Positions 12,016 to 24,464 of a DNA stretch of 64,000 bases are shown here, piece after piece. Made by a program: the position numbers and the translations under genes. Location: contig NW_026782187.1 of assembly GCF_031769215.1 (NCBI RefSeq), positions 124,001 to 188,000 on the forward strand. The letters are read 5' to 3'. The DNA is from Ylistrum balloti. Its lineage: Eukaryota. How positions within the stretch are numbered: the first letter of the stretch is position 1; each line of letters starts with the position of its first letter. The notes beneath the pieces are model-generated. The model made no database searches and was not told the origin of the DNA. It saw nothing but the letters and a program-made list of their open reading frames with translations.

Positions 12016-13009
12016 TTTGTAATAAGATCCTGTATTACAAGTTGTATAGTATTTACTATATTTCCATCTTTGTACGTTTCAGTGTTGTTTACAAGTGAAA
12101 AATATCAGTTAGGTCCTAAACTCTTACTGGATGTCCTGCCTCTAAAACCGTCTAAGGGTATCACTTTTGCCTGTAAGTTTTTATGCAGTATTAATTTTGT
12201 GTAAAAATTCGAATAAGTACACCACAGTCTTCCTGATCCTATCAAATATTCGTATTTCACACTTTACGAATGAGAGACATCGGGATTGTAGCTTTACTTT
12301 TATTACGATTTGACTTTATCACTGAGAATACAGAACTCTTAAACCCTTCTAGCAGATGGAGTAGTGTGTTGATACCATGAAGAAAATCTTGTTATTTTTC
12401 AAGAACTACTAAACTTATAAAATTGGATGGTTTAGCACTGCCTAATTACGGCAGATTTTCTCTGTACGATTTCTTTTCTTATTTTTTAGTGTTGACCATT
12501 TCATGATATTTTCATCCAATTACTTCCTAATTTCGCTGTGGTTTTTGACACATTCAGCCTACGATACTAGTACCACAAGTGTCTCGATTCCTTATTTCCA
12601 TACTTCAGCTATTGAGTGTTGTGTCTATCAAATTACGAAAGAAATTATGTTATGTCCATATTTTGAAAAATGAACTGAATATCTAACAATGAGACATTTT
12701 TCAAAAGAAGCATATAACACAGGATTAAGCTGAAGGTATTTCCTGTACATTCCTTATATATTGTACGCTATCCTGACCTCCATGGAATTCGAAGTAGGGC
12801 ATTCCATGACTTCATCACGTCCTTACAGACTATATCAAGCTGTACTTTCACCAAATCAAATATAAATGTATCTCATTTAATTAACGTTCTCACGGCTTGT
12901 TCGTCTGAACAATAAAACAACTTTGTGATTTTATTGTTGTAAGTGATACATATCCTTAGTCCTCACCGATCTTACCGCGATCCTTCAAAGGACTATAACG
13001 TCTGTTTAC

Positions 13010-14080
13010 TTTATTTTTATTCTCGCACTCTTCCACAAAAAATGACTACTTTTTTCTCACTTCCCCACAAGAATTTTGACTACTCTTTTCTCACTTCCCC
13101 ACAAGAATTTGACTACTTTTTTCTCACTTCCCCACAAGAATTTGACTACTTTTTTCTCACTTCCCCACAAGAATTTTTCTACTTTTTTATTCTCGCTTCT
13201 CAACAAGAATTGACTACTTTTTTCTCACTTTCTCAGAAGAATTTTTCTACTTTTTTATTCTCACTTTCCCACAAGAATTTGACTACTTTTTTATTCTTGC
13301 TTCTGCACAAGAATTGACTACTATTTTATTCTCGCTTCTGCACAAGAATTTTTCTACTTTTTTATTCTCGCACTCTCCCGCAAAAAATTCACTACTTTTT
13401 CATTCTCGCATCCCCACAAGAATTTGACGACTTTTTTCATTCTCGCTTCTGCACAAGAATTTTTCTACTTTTTTATTCTCGCTTCTGCACAAGAATTTTA
13501 CTACTTTTTATACTCTCTTCTCCACAAGATTTTACTACTTTTTTATTTACACTTCCCCACAAGAATTTTTCTACTTTTTTATTCTCGTTTCTTCACAAGA
13601 ATTTGACATTTTAATTTCAAATTCACTACAAGAGTTCAACTGCTTGTTTGACTACATTTTCATTCCCATTTCCCTATGATAATTTGATAATTTTTTTTCA
13701 TCCCTACTTTCCCACAAGATTTTGACCAAATATTTGTACTCTCTTTCTAAAGAAGAAGAATTCGACGACATATTAATTGAAGTACCTTCACAAACACTTC
13801 ACAGCATTTTCATTCAATTTCCCTACTAGAATTTGACCACATTTTTATTCCCATTTCCTTACAAGGATTTGTCTTGATTTTTTATTTACATTTCACCAAA
13901 AGAATTGTCTTAATTTTTCATTCCATTTACCTACAAGGATTCCTCTTGATTTTTCATTCCATTTCCCTACAAGGATTTGTTTTGATTTTTCGTTTCTATT
14001 TCCCCCACAAGAATTCGTCTTGATTTTTCATTCCATTTCAGCGCAATATTTTTTTTACCCGATTCCCCACAAGAATCTGA
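13010..14080. repeat. Degenerate about 33-bp T-rich tandem repeat (…ccccacaagaatttgactacttttttctcactt…)
   Basis: Recurrent cacaagaattt / ctacaaggattt cores; source of ORFs 12943 and 13424. Confidence 0.85.
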
Positions 14081-14429
14081 CATCATTACATATTAATCAT
14101 ACTTGCTTCTACATTTCGTTCACACGATTTACATGTTTTTAGTCAGTAACACAATGCCTTAAATTTTATTCTACAATCTGACAAAATTCCCATTTTCACT
14201 TTTTGATTCCACTCGAATAATTTCTAATTCACATGCATGTACACGTCTCATCAGAATGCTGGCACGTTTTTGAATGTATTTTCGTTCATATTTGTATGTT
14301 ATTGCTTAACAATAAACAGGTAGATACATAGGAGAGATCTATTGAAAATAACGTGACAAGCGTTTTCTAACCTCACTTAACAATATTATATGAAAAATAC
14401 TCGATTAATTCATCGACAAACGTTTATTG

Positions 14430-14570
14430 GTTATTATGGGACACCCTTTTTGCGACACTTTATTTTGGGACACCCCCTTTTTTGGACCCCCTATTTCGGG
14501 ACAGTGTTTTGGAGCACCCTATTTTGGGACACCCTTTTTTAGACATCATATTTTGGGACACCCATTTGTA
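14430..14570. repeat. Short degenerate tandem repeat of ttttgggacaccc
   Basis: About 6 variants at roughly 20-bp spacing. Confidence 0.7.
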
Positions 14571-15379
14571 AATTGGAACAACCGCTGCAGTTTATCCCTA
14601 CCGAACATGATACGGAGAATTATTTAAGAGTATTGAACTTCTTTTTTGTTTTCTAATGTTTAGCTTTTAAGAAGTAAAATTTCACAAAAGTACAAATGTA
14701 TATTGATCTTTATTTGTTTTGTTCCTTCAATCAAGATTTTAGCTACAAGAGAATAAAACTTCAATTGATGTAGGAGATTTTATGAAGACCTGAATGAAAC
14801 ATTGACATACAAATCACTCTGGTTAGACAAGGAAGTTAAAAAAAAATGTCTTCCAAGATCCGAGGTGTAACGCCAAACCACATGGCAGCTTACATATATA
14901 TTGCTTTAGAAGTTTCTCCTCCAGGTGGAACGATAACGTCACGTGTAGATGGATTAAATTTATGTTAACAGTGCATTGTCTGCATGTGGAGCAGAAATCG
15001 ACTTCAAAATATATCGTCAATTTATTTGTAGATAGCATATCCTATCCCATGTGTAGCTTAACTTCAGTGTTTGTTGCCATGTCTGTGATGCGAAAATACC
15101 TGTTTATGTCTTACTGAGATGGTACGTATTTTACAAGGTGGTCATGAAACAACCATTGAGAAGCATAAATAAAAACCATTTAGAAAAATAGCATATACAG
15201 TATAAAAATGGTGTCATGTTTTTTAATCTGAATATGAAGAGATAAAACATGGCTGCTGCAACGTTCTTAGCCACGATTCAGACGTCGATTCAGATTCAAA
15301 ATTTAAACCAAATTGACCAGAAACCCTAAGGAACTCGACTTGGTGCTTTTGACAATTTACTTAGGAGTCGATATTGGAT

Positions 15380-15530
15380 CTATCCAGTTGCACAAACACG
15401 TCTGCATTTACAGTACACAGGTACACTAAATATACAGAAATGCCTTTCTTGGGGTCCGTCTTCTTCTTCAGGTTCAACAAGAAGCCAGACGTAGGCTTCT
15501 TCCATTTCGCAATTTCTACAGCTACCTTCT
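15380..15530 (-). CDS. Spaetzle-like cystine-knot gene, last coding exon (EGSCRNCEMEEAYVWLL...FSVPVYCKCRRVCATG*)
   Basis: Acceptor cttctacttatctattgcag at 15531, phase 2; 151 nt = 1 + 50 codons; contains the C-x-C knot end. Confidence 0.9.
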
Positions 15531-15619
15531 CTGCAATAGATAAGTAGAAGTAAGGGTAATGTCATTGTGAGTTTATCAGGCAACGGAAATTTAAAATCCC
15601 AGCGAGAGGTCCTTAGGGC

Positions 15620-16560
15620 CTTATCAATTAACTGGTTTTGCTTTATTTAAACTAAAGGAAAATTATTCTGAAGATTTGTAGGTTAACCCCACCCCCTTTC
15701 TTGGCCCTGCCCCTACCAAATGCAGACAAAAGACTACCAGTAGTATTTAAGATAATGTGCTCTATATCACCTATTGGCCCTCATCCAGGAAAACAACAAC
15801 CGTCTTTACAAATAGACTCCTTTTCACCCAAGAATGCTTCTGAGAATCCTGGCATCCCTAGTGTAGCAACCCTTCCCTTACTGCCCACGGGGCGGTGCTA
15901 CACTGTTTATTCGAAAAGGATGCTTTAGACCAAAGAAGAGCAGAATCCAGGCATTTCTGCAGAAGAACGATTTAAATTATTTGCTTCATTTCCGCTACTG
16001 GGCCCTGCTCTTTGGTGGACGGGGACCAACCATTTATACAAAATTGTTTCTTCTTCAGTTCAAGGATGCTTCTGACTGGAATGGAACAAAATACAAGCTT
16101 TCCTTCAGAAGGATTTTAAAGAATTCTCCTATTGGACCCGTCTCTCCCGCCCAAGGGGGCTGAGGCCCACCGTTTATACAACATTGATTCCCTTTACCTA
16201 ACCATTCTTCATTTGAAATAAGTACACAATAACATTCCTGCAGAAGAAAAATCATTTTAGATAATTCGCCATATTTTCGTTATTGAGCACTTCCCCTCCG
16301 CCCGATGGGACTTGGGCCCACCATTTTTACAAAGATGATTTCCCTTCACCGAAAATGTTTAAGACCAAATTTGGATAGAAACCAAGCATTCCTGCAGATA
16401 AAGAAGTGTTTTCAAGGATTGACACCATTTCCCGGCTCCGCGCCTCATGTCTCAGTGGGCTGTGATCAACCATTTATACAAAATTGATTCCCCTTCAACC
16501 AAAGATGGTTCACAAGAACTTTGGATGCACAGTCGAGATCTATTCACTTGACCTCAAATG
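15620..16560. mobile_element. Mollusc-type dispersed repeat built of degenerate about 130-bp subunits (intron of the Spaetzle-like gene)
   Basis: ccaccgtttatacaa-attgattc and gaccaaatttgg motifs are shared with 37900-38620 and 47900-48600; transposon class not determinable. Confidence 0.6.
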
Positions 16561-17174
16561 CCCTCATATAAAGAATTTCACACCCCTACTTATATCGTAC
16601 ACAGTGTGTAACTGGCCAATTTGCGTCTCTGTCGGCTATAGAGGAATTATCCTCGTCGGCTTTAACATATACAGAAAGAGGAAACCTGTGAGGTATCTAA
16701 AGCTATCCATGATCCCACCACCATCGTCTTTTAATATCATTATCTCATGTTTTAGTTTGCCTGCGACTGCAATACACCCGACGCCAAGTCAACCATACAC
16801 ATATGGCTGCATGGTGCCGAGTTGGACAGAAATCATGGTGCCTTGGGCTCGCACCTGTGTTGTATCAGACCCGACTCTTTCGACTCCGGATGAGGCAATT
16901 CTAACACCACCCACTTCATCCTCCGCATGTTTAAAGGAACAGACCTTGGACCGGAATGAGGCGACATATACGTTTTAACCCCCTTCCAAACAGAGATCCT
17001 CTATCTCGTACATGTAATATATTGATGAGGCAGTAATCTTTCATTTCACACATTACTGTAAATGTATTTGTTTATGGTGGATCCATATAGGAACTAATCA
17101 AGAATATATATAAATACTTGTAAATACTTTAAAAAAATCACATACCTTGAATTACTGGGGGTTTCATATATGAA

Positions 17175-17960
17175 GGTCATCAGAAAAGTATCTAGGGGGA
17201 GATATATCATATATATGGGGGGATACATATATGATGCTCATTAGAAAGTATCTAGGGGGAGGTTTATCATAGATACATGGGGACACATCAGTTGTTATGC
17301 TGAAAGGATTCAAAGCTTCCAGGATGATGCATCGTGACGAGTTCATTTCTAAAAAATTGCAAATGGGAACTAACTAGTCTTTGGTCCTTCACATACAATG
17401 TGAAGGGAGGTAAGTGTGTAACTCATAGTATGGGTATTAGTGAGTTTTACTTCTACTTTTAAGGTAAAAGAACACACAATACAGGATTATTATATGTCCC
17501 CCTCCCCCTCCCAATATCTAAGTAAATTACCACTATTCTGATAGCCGTCATAAATGTAACCCCCCTCCCAATATTTAAGTAGATTATCTCTATTCTGATA
17601 GCCATCATAAATGTAAACCTCCCCTCCCAATATTTAAGTAAATCACCATTATTCTGATAGCTCCCCTCCCAATATATCAGATAATTGTCCCCTAGATACT
17701 ATTCTGTTACCTATCATCAATGTATGCCCCTAATATATCTAGATAATTGTCCCCTAGTAAATTACTATTCTGTTACCTATCATTAATGTATGCCCCTAAT
17801 ATATCAGATAATTGTCCCCTAGATACTATTCTGTTACCTATCATCAATGTATGCCCCTAATATATCAGATAATTGTCCCCTAGATACTATTCTGTTACCT
17901 ATCATTAATGTATGCCCCTAATATATCAGATAATTGTCCCCTAGATACTATTCTGTTACC
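17175..17960. repeat. 61-bp tandem array (17500-17960) with inverted degenerate copies (17175-17290)
   Basis: Unit cccctaatatatcagataattgtcccctagatactattctgttacctatcatcaatgtatg; the left block contains its reverse complement agaa-agtatctagggg twice. Confidence 0.8.
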
Positions 17961-18740
17961 TATCATTAATGTATCCCTTCTTTCACCATTGCTATTAAGT
18001 AATGTAGAGTTACAGGATAACATTGTTTCTGTTTGATCTATATATCAATCCCCTGAAGAGCTGCCAAACAGCAAGATTCATTGATACTCCAGATCAGTCT
18101 TCTAACATTCCCAACTCCCATCCACTGCCCCTTCATGCATATCTATTAAATGTGTATTATTGTATTATTGTGACCTTTATATTCAAAAATGGTTAATTGT
18201 TCCTGCACAGGTAAATGATTTGTTCAGTTAAGCAATCTATCATTGCCTGCAATATTGACTATATAAAGACAATCAGACAAGCCCTGTCCCACCAGAGTAC
18301 TATCCACCTGACCACGTGTAATCTGTTAACTGGATAAAGTTAAAGTATTGATTTCAGGGAGGGATAGAAATACTATAGGGGATACTTTTATGATGGAAGA
18401 AAAAGTATCCGGGTACTTTTATGATAAGGGATACAAATATGATATGACACCGGTCTGTCTTGCACCAATTTGTCCACCGGCATCTACCTTACCTACGTCA
18501 CCTCAGAGGTCAATAAGGTCACAGACAACCCTTCTTTCTGCAAACTTGAATAAGATTCTAGAATTTTAATTCTATGTATTTCGTTGTGTAACTTACCCTA
18601 GAAGACATACTGTTAACAAACATAGATAAAAAAAGTCCCTTGGATTATAATGATATGTGATAGAAATGACCAGAATAATGATATGTGATAGAAATGACCA
18701 GAATCGTTCATTTCCCAACCAACATTGTTTCTGTGCTCAC

Positions 18741-18854
18741 CCGCATGGCTCAGCTTTCGAAATGGCTTGATAGGTATTGTTGTATTTGACTATAGTTCTC
18801 ATGATTTGGTAGATATCCATCATACGGCCTTCCACCGGATAAAATCTAAATCGT
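18741..18854 (-). CDS. Spaetzle-like gene, middle coding exon (RFRFYPVEGRMMDIYQIMRTIVKYNNTYQAISKAEPC)
   Basis: Acceptor tttgtgtatttcag at 18855, donor gg|gtgagc at 18740; 114 nt, phase 2-2, open and in frame with both neighbouring exons. Confidence 0.9.
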
Positions 18855-19149
18855 CTGAAATACACAAAGTTATTTTTCATTTAAAATCATGTAAATGCTT
18901 ATTAGATGGTTCAACTTATGACTGATTCACGAATACTTGCAGTAAAGAGGATACATTCCTAAAATAGGCCATGTTTCACTATTTGTGTAATTTTATGTGA
19001 GCCGTTTTGGGACTTTATTTAACTTATCAAAAATGAAACCTTTATAGTGGAATAAATATTAGAAGTATAATCACAACATCTAAAAGTAATGCCAAAACAT
19101 TGACAGATCAAACTAAAATCCTTGACTTTAAACAAAGAAGAATAATTTA

Positions 19150-19270
19150 CTGATGCGATTTGAAGCTGGACATCTTTGATGCTTGTTAGTTTGACTGGTG
19201 GTTCCATTATTGTTTACCTCGTTCTCATTGGGAACGTGACATCTCATTCTTGGATTGACCAATGAAGTTA
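19150..19270 (+). mobile_element. Penelope-like 3' fragment related to 7170-7260
   Basis: tttgatgcttgttagtttg...ttgtttacctcgttctcattgggaacgtgacat aligns with tttgatgcgtgttagtttg...ttgtataccttgttctcatttaaatagtgacat. Confidence 0.45.
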
Positions 19271-19274
19271 AGTT

Positions 19275-22170
19275 CTGAGCTAAGTTCGGGATCAGGATTG
19301 GATGAGCTAAGATTGCATGTAGAGCCAGGATCAGGATAGGGTGTAGGTAGAGTTAAGATCAGGATTAGGTGTGGGTAGAGGTAAGATAAGGATAGGGTAT
19401 AGGTAGAGGTAAGATCAGGATAGGGTGTGGGTAGAGGTAAGATCAGGATTAGGTGTGGGTAGAGGTAAGATCAGGATTAGGTGTGGGTAGAGGTAAGATA
19501 AGGATCAGGATAGGGTGTAGGTAAAGATCAGGATTAGGTGTGGGTAGAGGTAAGATAAGGATAGGGTGTAAATAGAGGTAAAATCAGGATTAGGTGTCTG
19601 TAGAGGTAAGATAAGGATAGGGTATAGGTAGAGGTAAGATCAGGATCAGGATAGGGTGTAGGTAGAGGTAAGATCGGAATCAGGATAGGTAGAGGTAAGA
19701 TCGGGATCAGGATAGGGTGTAGGTAGAGGTAAGATCAGGATCAGGATAGGTAGAGGTAAGATCGGGATCAGGATAGGGTGTAGGTAGAGGTAAGATCGGG
19801 ATCAGGATAGGGTGTAGGTAGAGGTAAGATCAGGATCAGGATAGGATGTAGGTAGAGGTAAGATCAGGATCAGGATAGGTAGAGGTAAGATCGGGATCAG
19901 GATAGGGTGTAGGTAGAGGTATCGGGATCAGGATAGGGTGTAGGTAGAGGTAAAGATCAGGATCAGGATAGAGGATGTAGGTAGAGGTAAGATCAGGATA
20001 GGTAGAGGTAAGATCGGGATTGGGCGTAGGTAGAGGTAAGATCGGGATCAGGATAGGGTGTAGGTAGAGGTAAGATCAGGATCAGGATAGGGTGTAGGTA
20101 GAGGTAAGATCAGGATCAGGATAGGATGTAGGTAGAGGTAAGATCAGGATCAGGATCAGGATAGGGTGTAGGTAGAGGTAAGATCAGGATTAGGATAGGG
20201 TGTAGGTAGAGGTAAGATCAGGATATGGTGTAGGTAGAGGTAAGATCGGGATCAGGATAGGGTGTAGGTAGAGGTAAGATCGGGATCAGGATAGGGTGTA
20301 GGTAGAGGTAAGATCGGGATAGGGCGTAGCTAGAGGTAAGATCGGGATCAGGATAGGGTGTAGGTAGAGGTAAGATCGGGATCAGGATAGGATGTAGGTA
20401 GAGGTAAGATCGGGATAGGGCGTAGGTAGAGGTAAGATCGGGATCAGGATAGGTTTAAGGTAGAGTTAAAATCGAGATCAGGATAGGATGTAGGTAGAGG
20501 TAAGATCGGGATAAGGATAGGTAGGTAGAGGTAAGAGGATCAGGGATAAGAGATCAGGATAGGTAGGTAGAGGTAAGATCAGGATATAGGATGTAGGTAG
20601 AGGTAAGATCGGGATAAGGCGTAGGTAGAGGTAAGATCGGGATCAGGATAGGTTTAAGGTAGAGTTAAAATCGAGATCAGGATAGGATGTAGGTAGAGGT
20701 AAGATCGGGATAGGGTGTAGGTAGAGGTAAGATCGGAATAGGGCGTAGGTAGAGGTAGGATCGGAATAGGGTGTAGGTAGAGGTAAGATCGGGATCAGGA
20801 TAGGGCGTAGATAGAGGTAAGATCGGGATAGGTGTAGGTAGAGGTAAGATCAGGATAGGTGTGGGTAGAGGTAAGATCGGGATCAGCATAAGGTGTAGGT
20901 AGAGGTAAGATCAGGATAGAGTGTAGGTAGAGGTAAGATCAGGATAATGCGTAGATAGAGGTAAGATCGGAATAGGGTGTAGGTAGAGGTGAGATCGGGA
21001 TCAAGATAGGGTGTAGGTAGAGGTAAGATCAGGATCAAGATAGGATGTAGGTAGAGGTAAGATCAGGATCAGGATAGGTAGAGGTAAGATCGGGATCAGG
21101 ATAGGGTGTAGGTAGAGGTAAGATCGGGATCAGGATAGGGTGTAGGTAGAGGTAAGATCAGGATCAGGATAGGTAGAGGTAAGATGGGGATCAGGATAGG
21201 GTATAGGTAGAGGTAAGATCAGGATCAGGATAGGGTGTAGGTAGAGGTAAGATCAGGATCAGGATAGGTAGAGGTAAGATCGGGATCAGGATAGGGTATA
21301 GGTAGAGGTAAGATCAGGATAGGGTATAGGTAGAGGTAAGATCAGGATCAGGATAGGGTGTAGGTAGAGGTAAGATCAGGATCAGGATAGGGTGTAGGTA
21401 GAGGTAAGATCAGGATCAGGATAGGGTGTAGGTAGAGGTAAGATCAGGATCAGGATAGGGTATAGGTAGAGGTAAGATCTGGATAGGGTGTAGGTAGAGG
21501 TAAGATCGGAATAGGGCGTAGGTAGAGGTAGGATCGGGATCAGGATAGGTTTAAGGTAGAGGTAAGATCGGGATCAGGATAGGATGCAGGTAGAGGTAAG
21601 ATCGGGATCAGGATAGGGTATAGGTAGAGGTAAGATCAGGATCAGGATAGGGTGTAGGTAGAGGTAAGATCAGGATTAGGATAGGGTGTAGGTAGAGGTA
21701 AGATCAGGATCAGGATAGGGTGTAGGTAGAGGTAAGATCAGGATAGGGCGTAGATAGAGGTAAGATCGGAATAGGGTGTAGGTAGAGGTAAGATCGGGAT
21801 CAAGATAGGGCGTAGATAGAGGTAAGATCGGGATAGGGTGTAGGTAGAGGTAAGATCAGGATTAGGTGTGGGTAGAGGTAAGATCGGGATCAGCATAAGG
21901 TGTAGGTAGAGGTAAGATCAGGATAGAGTGTAGGTAGAGGTAAGATCAGGATAGGGCGTAGATAGAGGTAAGATCGGAATAGGGTGTAGGTAGAGGTGAG
22001 ATCGGGATCAAGATAGGGTGTAGGTAGAGGTAAGATCAGGATCAAGATAAGGTGTAGGAAGAGGTAAGATCGGGATAGGGTGTAGGTAGAGGTAAGATCA
22101 GGATCAGGATAGGGTGTAGGTAGAGGTAAGATCGGGATAGGGTGTAGGTAGAGGTAAGATCGGGGTAGGG
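19275..22170. repeat. 2.9-kb purine-rich satellite, 34-bp main unit taggtagaggtaagatcaggatcaggatagggtg with 28-bp variants
   Basis: Period 34 at 21361/21395; built of about 6-bp subunits; lies in an intron of the Spaetzle-like gene. Confidence 0.95.
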
Positions 22171-22199
22171 TGTTGGATATATAAACTTTTTTTACAACA

Positions 22200-22372
22200 A
22201 TTGTGAAACAAGTAGTTTTTACTTATACTAGTTACTTTTGTTCGCCCTGATGTAAGCGCACGAGGGGAAACGTGAGTATCCGTGGAAAAACCCACGTGGT
22301 CGTGCAGGGAAATCGAACCCCGGACAGCTAGGTGAAAGGCGAATGCGTTACCACTGCGTCACCCGACCACTC
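22200..22372 (-). mobile_element. tRNA-derived SINE with V-type central domain
   Basis: Minus strand has A-box tgacgcagtgg, ctttcac (tRNA-Glu-like loop), B-box ggttcgatttccc, then gtgggtttttccacggatactcacgtttcccc. Confidence 0.8.
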
Positions 22373-22530
22373 AAAGTGATGGTAAAGCTAAGATATCATG
22401 TAAAGTTAGATTGTGGATTTAACAAAGACTTGCATTAAATTGATTTGGGATTTTAGCTAAAAAGGGGTAATTTTGAGTTATGTCAACAAAATGCATGCAA
22501 ACTTTACACTAAACATGGAGGACTACTCAC

Positions 22531-23111
22531 GATGGACAACAGTCATCACTGTCTTTGTAATTTGCTACTCTATAGTTACTAGACAATTTCTGGCGTGTAT
22601 GGTTATGCATTACACGGTCCATTTCTGTTATTTCATTCTTTGTGTGAAATAGACCGGGATATTTTGTCAGGACTGACTCTGTATTCAAAACACTTTGTCT
22701 AGTTGGATGGTGTTGCGAGTGGTCTGTGTTCATTTTTTCCATGTAAATGGCCTTGTGTCTTTCTTCTTTGGTATCATGTCCACTCTCCGCGCCATTAGTG
22801 CGTCCCTTGTCATCGACAGTTGTCACACCATAATCAGGGTCACTTTTGTAATCACCTGGTTGTACTGATTCAGCGTCATTATCTGGCAATGAAGTGACAC
22901 GGTCACGACCTAACAATGCTGTGTCAACATTCGGTTTTGCCTTCTCGATTTCACGATTTGAATTTAAAATTTCACCGACACCTGGACACCAAGGAAGAAC
23001 AACGTTGCATGACGCCAGTTGAGGATTGATTTCAGTTATGTTGCATTCCGCATACATCTCACATGTAGCAATAATCAAAGATGGCAGTGCTAGAAAAATG
23101 AGCGCCATCAT
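22531..23111 (-). CDS. Spaetzle-like gene, first coding exon (signal peptide, prodomain, start of knot DDCCPS)
   Basis: Acceptor ttttttctccacag at 23115, ATG at 23111 (MMALIFLALPSLIIATC), donor tc|gtgagt at 22530; 581 nt, ends in phase 2. Candidate upstream UTR donor aaag|gtaatg near 24308. Confidence 0.88.
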
Positions 23112-24464
23112 CTCCTGTGGAGAAAAAAGATCTATATTACACATCTGAGATACCAACTGGGAGCGTATCTTGAAAACCTCTTTCTCCCGACTACACCCAC
23201 ACAAAAATACAGACACAAACAAACAAAAACGTGAAGAGTATGTTTCGGCATGATTAGCAATAAGGTATATCTGTGATAACTATCAAAACAGGTGAAAACG
23301 CTAGGAACCGAAATGTACTCGTCAGATTTTAGAGTATCATATTTAACGTAGCAGTATATTTTTCCTTGTTTAAAATAGAGGGGCACTTTACACATACTGC
23401 AGATTACCACTATCTGTTACCTTTTTAATAAGAAAGAATTTTTTTATTCATTTTGTGTTTGGTTATTTCTGTTGATTAACTAGTAAAAGACGTTTCGTCA
23501 CTAATGACAAATACCCCTTATACCGCAATACTTTGGGGAATATTATATCTTATTGTCATTTGCTGATAAATGAAGTTGGTTCTGCGTTTTGAATCCATTA
23601 CTGAATATGATGCAACAGTAAGGATTTTCAGCTTAACTAGCACTTTAATTGTATCGAACCATTCAGGTTTGGTTTCCAGTTTTCAGATTTTTTTTCATTG
23701 GTAAAGTAGATCTTCTAGTTCTAAATGTAAATAAATAAAACCTTTTCTGCATGTCGTCATTGTTGATAAAATTACATCTGACCCACGGCGGCTAATCCCA
23801 TGAAACCGACTAGAATTTCATGAAATATGAGAAGGGCATCTTGTTATCGTATCGACTAAGTTCACATTAAGAAATCTCTTTATTTTATACTATTATTACC
23901 AACAATAGTTTGGCATTGTCTCAAAACTACATTTGCCTTCTCGTAATGTTGAAATGGGAGGTCTATTGTGGGGAAAACATATTAAGTAGAACCCCGTAGC
24001 GTGTACATGAATAGATAACTCTTCTCAGCGTTTCAATTTTATCGGTTCAACAAAGATCCCGAAGCAGGAGGCTTCTAGTTCTCACTGAAGCCATGGGACA
24101 GATTTCTGTATTTAACTACATTTCAAGGTTTTCAAACCTTTACCATATTCTGTCCTCGATAATAGCACTAACTAAAACCATGAAATGCTCTACAATCGCT
24201 CTCTTTAATGTCTGAACAAATGCTCAAACGGTTTTAAGGTGTTCAAAACTTCGTCAGTACAATAATGATAATTAAAAGATATTAAAAGACAATGAAATAT
24301 CTCATTACCTTTATCTGAATAAACACATTTGTTACAAGTCTTAAGATAAACAGAGTTTTTGGCATCTTTTTTTTTAATATATTTATATATCGGTTAAGAT
24401 CTAACTACAACACTTAATGTGCAACTTTTGTTTTCATTTCATGATGCAACAATTAAGACCCTTG

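Noticed and set aside
14570-14625. U6 snRNA-like words (aaattggaac...gatacggaga)
   Set aside because: Only two short words match; no ACAGAGA box or remainder of U6.
16484-16978. 164-aa plus-strand ORF, and a minus frame (VKTYMSPHSG...LIQHR) first considered as the middle Spaetzle exon
   Set aside because: No recognisable domain and no good phase-2 acceptor; exon 18854-18741 fits both the phases and the motif.
18725-18925. Plus-strand ORF read as a Penelope RT remnant
   Set aside because: It is the antisense of the genuine middle exon.
22310-22372. tRNA-Glu genes here and at about 26000-26066
   Set aside because: Acceptor and anticodon stems do not close and the sequence runs into a SINE V domain.
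22527-23222. 231-aa single-exon ORF as listed in the ORF track
   Set aside because: The first 37 codons are intronic and the stop lies inside the gtgagt donor.
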